Made by a program: the position numbers and the translations under genes | Shown here: positions 41,498-53,400 of the stretch, one piece after another | How the letters are laid out: each line of letters opens with the position of its first letter | Numbering within the stretch: position 1 is the first letter of the stretch | From: Antedon mediterranea | Lineage: Eukaryota > Animalia > Echinodermata | NCBI RefSeq assembly: GCF_964355755.1 | Contig: NC_092673.1 | Location: forward strand, 33,353,648-33,417,647 | DNA: 64,000 nt | Direction: 5' to 3' | The notes under the pieces: generated by a model | Told to the model about the DNA's origin: nothing | Seen by the model: the letters and a program-made list of their open reading frames with translations, nothing else | Database searches by the model: none

Positions 41498-44400
41498 CTA
41501 TAAACACATTAATTGAAGTTAAAAACAACATAGCATACAGTAAGACACCTTTGGGACAAAACATAATGTCTTCCTTATAGGGGTAAAAATGCACAAAATT
41601 TATTTTGTGCACATGGGTGAAAGATAGTCGCACAAAACCGAAGTCAATGAAGCAACTGCTCAAACGTTGACCCACTCAATTACAGATTATTAAATGTACA
41701 GTTACCTTGCCCAGTGGGCTAGGAGGAAAAAACGAAATTAAGCAAAAAAAAAAAAAATCAAAATCTAGGAAGCAAAAAAAATCCTTTGTACATACCCTAA
41801 TTCTTCATAAGCATCAACGTCGCGAGAGGTAAAAAAGACAATGCGTGGGAACCTCAAATCGTGGTGGTCTATGAAAATCCTAACCGGTACAATATTTGGC
41901 TCACATAAATGGTTAATGAATCTACTGATATTGCCATAGTAACGTGCATCAATACAATACACATCTCCTTCCTGGAAAAACAATGTTTATTATTACCATT
42001 ACTTGTTTTGTGGACAAAATAAAACAAGTAAAATCAGTAAACTGTGCCGGTTAGTTAGGAGGTTGTTACACTAAATGGCACTGTGTAATCCAAATCTAGT
42101 GAAAGCCTCTATTACAGGGACACCCTCAGGACTAGAAGATTTCAAGACTGTGTCCCTCTTGACCACCAGAACATATTATTCCTATGGACTGTATTTTAAC
42201 TTTGCTGTATACAAGTTTTTGGTAGCATAAAAACATATAGTTCCCTTCGTAATAAGGGTACTGTAGTTCCTAGGACGACAAGATACAGTACTAGGAGTTC
42301 GATGATAATTTTGACCTTATAATAACCTTGACGTTTCATCGGTTGATAATATCTCAAAGTAAAACAAGAGTACAGTAGCCAAGTGTGCAATACATCACAA
42401 TTTGCAGAATGCTACTTACCCTATTGTCTAAATCAAAGAGGTAGGAATCATCTTGTCTTCTATCTGCTTCTTCATCTGATATTAACTCGCCAGCATATCT
42501 GGAATAATAAGAAATAAAGCATACGTAAATATTTTATTTTAACATTAAACAAAAAACCATTTGTTGGCAGCCAATTTGACTAGTTTTTGCTTTAAATTAC
42601 AGTTTTTTCAGGTAAATTAATTTTTTTTCAATCCAATTTTAGTATGTAACATTAAAATGGCGTATTCAACAAAACATTTTTTCAGGGGGAGAATTCATCT
42701 TTAGGAATCAGTAGAAAATAATATTTGTAAAGAAACAAAAACAGTTAAAAGAGTCTTAAGCTCTGTCTAAACCATCAAACTAGTTTGACAAAAAAAGTGT
42801 GCCCAAATACGGTAATGATATGCCCAAAGATGGTAGTGATATGACATCATCATGTCAATATATGGGCACATCACATTTCACATAAAGTTTGACAGTGTAG
42901 ACAGAGCTTTAAATAAACAAAACTTGCTATTACTTACTCGCATATAAATGTTCCTTTGGGAATTTTCTGCATCGCCCTCAATCCCCAACCCATTTTATTC
43001 GTTCTAAACAGTTGAAGATGACAACGGATGCCATGCTGAACGACACGATTCTTGCAATTCATCCAACAATTACACGCTCGACCGCACTCAAAGATTAACG
43101 GTGGATCCTGGTAATTGAACTCATCGACAAGCTTGCCATTCTAAATTTTAAAATAAATTTTTGTTCATTTAAATAATTTTTAATTTTAGATTGGGAAATT
43201 GTATTGCAGATTATGATGTTTTAAAGGTGGCCTCCAGGGTTGAAATATTTAAATCTTGAAATGGAATTGTATTTAGCCATAACATCGGCAAGAGGCTCAC
43301 TCACTCCATGGTTCTGGTGGTAGAATGAGTGTTCTCGAATAAGGACTATAAACCGTATACACATTTAGCTCATGTGCACTTTAAAAATCTAGTGTATCTA
43401 TCGAGACAAGTAGGGGGCTACCCCGGTATACTACTACAAACAGTCACCATCACACACAACAATAACTGGGCCCCTGGGAGAACAGTCTCTGACTGAAGAG
43501 GCTACCCAGTATAAAGAAAAAGAGATTTAAAAAAAGTATACCTTGTTGTACCAGCATTTTGTGCTACTCTGGCAACAGAAACAGGAATCCAATGCACAGT
43601 CATCATCACATTTGCAACCCTACAATCAATAACACAAAAAAATTATTAAATAAAACTCAATCAAAATGATTCAAATACATACATGATAAGCACCTGGGTT
43701 TAATGCAAATAAGGTGATTATATATCCTAAAAGGCACAGCTACTAATTAACATAAACATTAAATTCTCTACAGAGGAATGTAGTCATTGAAGAAAGAGTA
43801 AAACTTGTTGATAGGGGTGTCTACTGAATATGGGTCGGCAGTAGTATATTACATATTTTTTCCTGAGTTCGTTTTAAAGAAAGTGTCTCATGCGACATGT
43901 GATAAAAAAAAAAGTGAGAAGAAAACTGTCAAAATATGCACCTTCATGTGGATGATACGTCTGTCAATGTTTAACGATGATTTTTCGCAGCTATTTGCTA
44001 CATACAGGAAATCAGTCGGAATTGGAAAATTATCGACTGCATTGACAACTTGGATTGGTCTTGCCTCCCGACCTCGTGAAATATCCCTAAAAACATAACA
44101 AAGAATAAGTTAACATCTACCGGTATCAGGTATAACCAACCAAGTCAAGTTGCAGGTAAGGCAGAGGCATCACAAATAAAAGTTACAAAATCGACACCGG
44201 TTGAAGGTACTCCTTCCCCACAGTTCTGATGGTAGGACAAGTCTTCTTGGATAAACTTCTAACTGGAGGTCCATTGTACACAACTGGCACAAGAACCTAG
44301 TGTATCTTTTAACATGTTGTGGATAGACGAATGAGCTGCAACACTATCTAGAGATGGTAGGAGCGGTATTTATTAAGTTCAGTTAAAAAACTCTGCATGA

Positions 44401-47400
44401 AACGACCCTTAAAATGTTTTGGTTTAATATTATTGTCAACATTAACAGATCTTGTCTTACTTTGACAGTATTCGCTCTGACCGAACAGTACGCAGCGCAG
44501 AAGCCTGACGTATTTTCTGGTTTACTTGTAATGCAAGATACACATTAGACTTGGCATCGCAACAATCTAAAGCTGTGTCCTTTTCTCGATTTTTCAAGAG
44601 TGTGTTTGCTTCTCGCATCAATAACGTTCTGAAAATTACAAATGTTAGACAAAAGAGTTTCATTATAGTGCTATGACACCATAGCTGGAAAGAAGGAAAA
44701 ATGGATGATAAAATTACTTTTTTAAATAAGCTAATTATTAACGTTTGCATAGTAATTAATAAATTACCATACTTATTCGAATAAACACAATAGGGTTTAA
44801 TAACACATTTCAACAGTATTTGTAGTAGAATTCACGACTTCCAAGAGCTACAATTTACCAAGCATTTTGATACCATTTTTACTGTATTTTATCACTTCTT
44901 GATATTATTTGTGTTGTATTTTTTCATATCTAGGATATTTTTTTGGTTAATACATTTTACCATATTAAACCCATAAAAATAAATGCCTCCCAAACAATTA
45001 ATTTCCCAAAGCATTTATTCGAATTAAATATGATAGCTTATTCTAAAAAAAAAAAAATTGTATCATCCATAAAACTTAAGAAGCCAAATGAAATTCTTTG
45101 TAGAGGAACGAAAAATGTTAGCATTTATTATCATTATATTATGCTCATATTATTAAGAAGCGGTTTAGTGACTAATATTCTACTGAAGTTTCAAGTGTTT
45201 AACTTACACAACGCTATCATATCTATCCTCCCTGGCAGCAATATGCCTGAAAAAATTAACACAATAAGCTTACTTACTCAAATTTGATAACTATCAAAGT
45301 CTTTTGCATGCTTGCAGGTAGATAATTTAATTTTTTATTTTGTTGATGATAGGATTATATTACTTGATAATGAAAACATTAGGATAGAATGGCTTTTTAT
45401 AATTGTGTTTCCATTACTGTTTTACCTTTTAATACGAGACAAGCATTATAATTTTTGGACGAATAAAGATATTTTTCTTATCTTTTTTGTAATATATAAT
45501 ATATTAACGTAATAATACTGTTACTAAATACTCAATAGTCCTTGATTAAACAGGCCAACTTTGAACAATAATTATTATAGATTAGTTTAAACAATAGAGG
45601 GTGTTACACTTACAAGGGCGTGTCTCCATTATGATTGGCAGCATTCACGTCACAATTGCTTTCAATAAACAGTTTGATGATGTCATGGGCACCAGCATAG
45701 GCTGCCCAATGCAACCCAGAGTTGCCTTCCTAAATGTGTCAAAAAGATTATAGTAACAACACAAATGATGGCAGTATATTGTACAGAAACAGTACTGTAA
45801 CAGAATACAAGGCTGCAGTGAGTCTATTTTACGATAACAGAACAATTCACATTATACATACCTGATCTGTGATGTTAGGATCACATCCTCTATCAAGTAA
45901 ATGTTGAACAACGTCTAAATGCCTAGCCTCTGCACCCCAGACTAGTGGTGTCCAGCCACCATCATCCTGCAATGTACAATCACATTGAAAGACTAAACGT
46001 TGATTCAGCTAAGAGCTGTCTATAAGCACCAGATTGTCAGTGCTGTATCTTGTTTGTTTGTTTGTTTTATTTGATTTCCACAAATAATACATAATATATT
46101 TCATTATAAATAATTAGTTAACTATAAATGTGGATGGTGGTCAAAATAAGTCTAAGAAAAAGCAGAGACCATATGACAATATTTGTCCAGTATAACAGGC
46201 AACTTCCATAATACAGCATTGTATCAAATTTGGTGCTTTTATCATGAAAGGTTAGGGTCTACCTATCTACGATACAGGTGACACATGCGTGAAACACAGA
46301 ATTTGCCTACGATATTGGACAACTTTAGATACAGTATCGAGAAATGGGTGTAATAAGAAACCTGTAATAACAACAAATGTTTACCTGGATGTTAACGTTG
46401 GTAACAGAGAGTGAAGTGAGATATTGGACACCTTCTAAGAAACCATTCTTTGCTGCTATATGTAAGGCAGCCGTACCTTCATCATCCTGCGAAAAAAAAA
46501 ATCCATAAACATTTACAGTTTACATAAACAGTTTCAATGTGTTTGTTAATTATAAACTACATCTATCTAGTTATAGTATTATATCAAAGATTTTTTTCAT
46601 TTGAATAAAGTAATTTTAGAAAATCTAAATGGTCCTGGGCTTGGTTAACTACTTTTTCTGCTCCTGACCAGTCATCCATTCATTTATTGAGGAAGAAAGT
46701 CTGGCGGTAAGAATGCGCCAAGAATTCAATTTCTACCTCTTTTAGTTGACAAGATAAAGGTATATTTGTACTGTAAATTGAAAATAAAATAACATCCGCT
46801 CCATTTCATACAATTAAGTCTCGAAAAATGTGACCTTGGGAAGAGGTCTTCTGAAGCCAAACTCCTCACCTTACAACTGACGTCAGCTCCATTGAATATA
46901 AGCTGTTTGAAACACTCAATGTGCTTGTTTGCTGCTGTGCACATCAGGGGTGTCTGTGTGTCCTCATCTTTGGCATTGCAATTACCCCCAGCCTGTAGCA
47001 GCACATACAAGATGACATGATGACCCTTCGTGGCGGCGGCATGCATCGCAGTTTCGTAATTGTACTCAGGAAATCGATGATTGGGATCAAATCCTTCAAC
47101 TATAGTAAGAAGTAAAAAAAAAAGCATTTTCAGAAAACTTCTGCCTCAAGACCTTGATTGACCTCTTTGACTACTACATCCATGGCACATGAGCTTAGAA
47201 CAGGTTCAAGAGAATGAAAAATGCAGATTGGTCAAACATAAAAAACATGCACTCTAAAATTTTTTCTATAAACTATAGCAGAAAAAATAGTTTACTTGAC
47301 TCAACTGAACGATAAGTTTAAAAAGCTAGTTTAGTAAACAACAATTAGAAACACTTCAAGAAATAAGTAGTTCTATATTGTACTAAAGGTTTACTGTAAC

Positions 47401-50400
47401 ATTAATGGTGTTAGTGTATTTTGTCTATAATTAGCAGTCTATATACTGTATATTATTTATAATTGTAGAGAAACTTGTAATAAAATGGAGTTTCTTACCT
47501 AATAAGGCAATTACTTTCATCAGATCTCCTTTCAAAGATGGTAAATACAGGTTTTTAGGAGTAAATCCAAGCTTCTTGGACCTAAAAGGGAAAAAATGAT
47601 CACAAACTGAAACACACTACAAAATAGTTTTTAAAAAAAGGCATGTTATTGGGAAAAGTCCATATACATTTAACTTTTTAGAGATGGAAAATGACTGCAA
47701 ACCCAATTCTGAATATTAAGCATGCATTTTGCAATCCAGACCTTCAAGAAAGTAGAAATATTGGTGATTCAGATTTGATTTGTTCAGTCATACCTAATGA
47801 CCTAATAAAGTCTACTTTTTAGCAGATTTCTTAATTTAGTTGGAATTTTCTTTACTTTTATGCACAAAGGCCAAGAATTGGAAGAAGACTTACTTGAATG
47901 TATTAATACACTTTAGTGCAGCAATTAGTGTACTTCTACTTGGTCCAACAGAAAGAAAATCTAGGAGAAAAAATAGTTTTGATAGTAAAAATGGAGTGTC
48001 ATATTAGAGAAGTCCTAAGACCAGGAGAATCACCAGTTCTAGAAACATGTTTCTAAATGAACATGAGAAGAAGTAAACTTGAAGAGTGCAATGGAAATCC
48101 AGTCAACTCTACCAATACTGGACTTTCTGGAAAACTGGAAACTCTTCCAAAACCAGACCTTTCTTAAGGTTCAAAAGGTGCCAACAACACATTCATAATA
48201 CCAGACTTTCCAGCAAACCATAATAGGTCAGGACCAAGGGTGTCCGGTATTGGGAAGGTTGACTGGATAAGCTTTACATAAGTAATAGCAAGCAAGCAAA
48301 CCTGTGCATATGGACTTTCCATTTTTCAATTTAACGGAACATGATTCCTTATCCTGCTCATTTTCTTCAGGATTGTTGGGTAAACACAATGATTTACCTC
48401 CCATTCTTGCCCTGCAGAAACAATTACATAACAAATGAAGAAAAGACAGATTCTTGACAATCACAAGAAGTGCAAATCACTACAGTACATATAAATTATC
48501 ACAGCATAAATTAGCTACTTGGTTGGTATCAAGATTTATTAAACAACAATGAAGGAAATCACATGAAAATATATAATTTCACAAACCTTTTATTACTACT
48601 TTCATATTGCTCAATGAAACTTGGAATGATGTTGCTTTCAACTGTTTCCAACAACGCTATCGGCAGTCTAATCTGCCGCTGCATTTGCAACTCTTGTGCC
48701 GTGATAAGAGAAAGATTATCTGGAATGATATTAGTAACTTTGTGCGCTCTGGACGCATCTTCACCACAATGAGGACAATACAGTGTATTGTTGACCTCGG
48801 CAATACATTCGCTGTGGAAATGATGACGTGTGTGATCTCGTCGACACTCCATAAATGTTCCCTATAATCAAATTAAAAATAAGTAATTGGTTACACATAA
48901 ATATATATTTTTTATGTTGCTTCTCTAGACCACTTATACTTAAATTAAGAAAATCAGACTTTGAATAGGCCATTTTGTAGTTTTAATAAAGTTAATCACT
49001 TCTGAAAAACCAGAAAAAATAATGTTTTCGTTTATAAAAAGACAATTTAACAAGTAAAATTCAACCAAAAACCTGTTGGTTTTTACTCTTTTTTGCTTTA
49101 AATTACAGTTTTTTCAGACAAATGTTTGTTTTTTTTTATCAAATTTGTTTGTCAAAGTGAGAACCTATTATGTGACATTAAAATGGCATATTTAAAACAC
49201 AAAAAAATGAAAAAAATTGATTTTCTGTGGGACAATATATCTTGAAATGTTTATCAAAAAATTCTTAAACTTACCATTGAGCAAAAGCAGCCACATCCTG
49301 GACACCAGCCATGAACAAGTGCTTTTCTCCTGTGACAAATACAATTAAATAGTTACTAAAAATTCTGTACATGACCGAAAAAAGTAAAATAAACAAAATA
49401 TCAGTAAGGTGTTGACACTTTTAGAAAAATAATATAAAAACTTAGAATATAGTAGAACATCTCATCTGGGACACCTCTTTTAAGGTGACACTTTCTAATA
49501 AGACAGTTTGGGACACTTGAAAGGTCTTTTCTAATGAAACAAATGTGTTTCATTGTTACGTTACTTTACCTGTGGTCTTTACAAAGTGTTATTGCAGAAA
49601 TTTTTGTTGATGGTTGACATAAAACAGGATATTCAACTTTTTCTGTACATAATAATATCTGTTAGAAAAACAAAGACGTAAATAGAAAGGAAATCTGAGT
49701 AGTAAAAAAAAAACATTTGTGAATGGAATCAATTAATAATGATCAAAAATCTCAAAACTTTGTGTCCAAAAACTCAATAGGGTTGGTGAAATTCAGTCCA
49801 AAATACGCAGAATTTTTTCCAAAATACGTCAAGTTGAGGGCGCTATACTAATCCAAAATACGCGAGTCTTTCCAAAATACGTCAACTTGAGGGCGCTATT
49901 CATTTTTCAAAATACGCGAATTGTCAAAAATACGTCAAGTTGAGGGCGCTAGTCATTTTCAAAAATACGCGATTTGTCCAAAATACATCAATTTGGAACC
50001 ACTTGTAATTTTCCAAAATACGTCAACTTGAGAGCGCTATTCATTTTCCAAAATACACGATTTAAATAATTACTTTACTTCTTCTAACCAATTATTGATA
50101 TTATTTTAATCACAATACCATATGCTTTTTATTATTATATATTATATGAAATAATTATTATGTTAGATTTCAGATTAGGTAACTTATTAGACCATAAGTA
50201 CTGCGATGTTGGTCTGTCGAGCTCGGGAAAAATATCGATTTTGTAGATCACCAAATATATAACACATACCTGACATACATGACTATACTTAAATACTATA
50301 TACGTACATGCTGGTTTTGTAGTCGGTTTATGCCGCATTTAAACTAGCTACGCCTGGCAATGCAATCGTACATCGTTCAGACAATATTAATGTATATTAT

Positions 50401-53400
50401 AGGCACTGTCTATTGACTGATGTTGGCACATATTTGTTTTTATTCAGTAATAAATGACATTGAAAAAAAATAATTGGCTACTATGGCCCCGTTTCTGCTG
50501 CCAAAAATATACCGTATATTTTATATACGGTATATTTTTTGGCAGCAGAAATGGGTCTCATAAAAAATATACCGTATATATTTGCGGTATATATACTGCA
50601 TAAATATCCCCATCGTTTGTGGATATTATACGGTATATTCCAAAATATACCGTATATTTCGTTCCCCGTTTCTGCTGCACTCAAAATATACCGTAAATGT
50701 GACCCGACTCATGACACGAGGTCAAAAACTAACAGAGCGCGACGCGTTTGTTTTGGTTTTTCTGCTGCATTGAAAGTTGAAACACACGTGTAAAAGCAAG
50801 CAACAGATCAAAATGTCACTGTGGACCGAACAAATCACTATTTTTGCAATTCAATTGTGGGGGGAAGCGAAGGTTGGGGGGAGACTGCATGGCAACAGAA
50901 GAGATACCGAGATTTTAATTACAATAAATCGAATGTTCTTACACGACAACAACGTTGATACTGTATAATAGAAAATGGAAATTAAAACGGCAATATAGGA
51001 TAATATAGCATAATATAAACTCAATTTGAATAACAGAGTTTATTTATAGTGACATTTCTAGATTGTGCTTGTATGTGCGGTGTAAATTCGTTGCCACTTC
51101 TGCTCATTAGATTTAAAATAGAAAGCAATGCTACGACGTTTTGAGAAACCATCATTGTTTTGTTTTTGTCAGCATGTACCGGTAGGTAAAAACCTCACTA
51201 CACGAGGTCAATCCATACTTCCGTCTCACGAAATGCATTTTGGGTAATGAAAGCCAACTTTTTTACAACCCACCCACGAAGTATGTGCAGCGGAAACGGT
51301 GCACGAATTTCATATACGGTATATATACGGTATATTTATACGGTATATTTATACGGTATATTTTGGGTTGGCAGCAGAAACGGGCCCTATGACATTTTAT
51401 TTACAAAAAATTCTGCCTTCTAATAATTTCATTTACAACTAAAATGTACTTGTTTGTTTTATTCCAAGAAACTTTTTTTAATACATTAAACTGTAATTTT
51501 ACCTTACACTCTCAATATGATACATTTGGAAAGGCTCTCGTATTTTGGAAAAAAGATTGCCGCCCTCAAGTTGACGCATTTTAGAAAATTAATAGCGGTC
51601 CCAAATTGCAAATTGACGTATTTTGGACAAATCGCGTATTTTGGAAATGAATAGCGCCCTCAATTTGACGTATTTTGGACAATTCACGTATTTGGGATAA
51701 TTTATAGCGCCCTCAACTTGACATATTTTGGACAATTCGCGTATTTTGGAAAATGAATAGCGCCCTCAAGCCGACGTATTTTGGAAAGACTCGCGTATTT
51801 TGGATTAGTATAGCGCCCTCAACTTGACGTATTTTGGAAAAAAATCTGCGTATTTTGGACTGATGTTCACCAACCCGACTCCAAAAACTGGAATTGCAGC
51901 AATTTTAAAATGGATATTATTTTGTGATACATCTTAAATATCTTTAATAAAATTAAATTTGTCACTGTCTGGAGAAGTTTGATTCCTGCAGCAGCCATTT
52001 TGTCTATCTAGGATCACATGACTGCAAAGAATGTAAAGGCTGACTCTTTTTTGATTCATCGAGTTCATAAACCTCAGCAAACTAGTTTGTCAATAAGGTG
52101 AATAAAGGTTTTCCAAAGTTTTCCAGACCATTTGACAAACTTTGGAAAACTGCAGAAAACAAGTTTGCAGAAGTCTACATTTAGCAAAATTTAACAGAAT
52201 TTGCAAACTAAAGTTTGCTAGTGTAAACAAGACTTTATTTTTAAAATTCATGATTTAAATTTTTGATTTTGAAAAGGTTGAATAACTTACCCCTCCGTCA
52301 ACATATTCAACAGCTTCACATATCCCTGAGTTAGTCTGGCTAGAGGTATTTTCCATTAAACAACAGCATATGGATGTATTCACCTACAGAATAAAGAATT
52401 TCATTCAGAAATGAATCCTTGAAATAGCCTTGGATATTTATTTCTTATACATAGGCCATTAGACCAAATACAACCATATATAAGATCAACTTGTGCTCTC
52501 TGACCCAGAGATAAAAACAATGGAACATACCTTTATATTTTTCCTTTTTGTGCTCTCACATGTTTCTAGTAAACAAAAATTAAAAGAAATTAATTTAATT
52601 ATTAAACATTAATTGTAGAGTAGTACCCTTCCTTTGGAACAGCTCTATTCTGGGGACACATTAAGGAGATACTTTGAAACAATCAAGGGGAATGACAGTT
52701 TTTGACAAGTGTTACCAACCTGATAGTATCGAGTCATCGAAAACAGTAGTGGAAACCCTAGGTTGTACAGTTATGTCTTCAGAAACCTCATGCTGATTAT
52801 CTAAATATCATTAATAGGAGTAAAAGTATACATGAAAATAAACATAACCTTTTTTTCAGTTTTACTAAAAAATATCATACCTCAAAAGTGAAAAGCTCCA
52901 TCTAAACTATAAAACTTTATGCGACAACAAAATGTGATGTGCCCATATATAGACATGATGTCACATCACTACCAAATTTGGAAACATCACATTTATTTGT
53001 CAAACTAGTTTGATAGTGTACACATAGCTTAAGAAATCAACATCATATTAAAAGTGACATAAAGAAAGTGAATTACCTATGGCTTCCAAACGTTTTAACT
53101 TATTTTTTTGTCTCATCTGTTGTGCTCGGTACTCATAGGTCACTTTGCGTTTTCTTTTCCGTTTTTCCTCAGCTTTCTTCAATGAGTATTCAGTTTCTGT
53201 CAGTTTGTTTTTCAATTTCATTTGATTCATTTTAAAGGTATTCTGGGATGGCTCGTTGAGTTCTGAAGTTTGTTCCAAGATTTCTGGATATAAATCAACA
53301 GACATATTTTCTTCCAAACTCTCTGTTACTTTATTATTCCATTGTTTTAAGTTTTTTTTCATGTCATTTAAATCAATCATCTCAACTTTTTGAAAATGTC

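Noticed and set aside
41304-41675. 123-aa ORF
   Set aside because: Alternative frame over the true last EHMT exon (41353-41497).
50481-50968. Small ORFs as transposase remnants
   Set aside because: Derived from subterminal repeats; no DDE-like motifs recognised.
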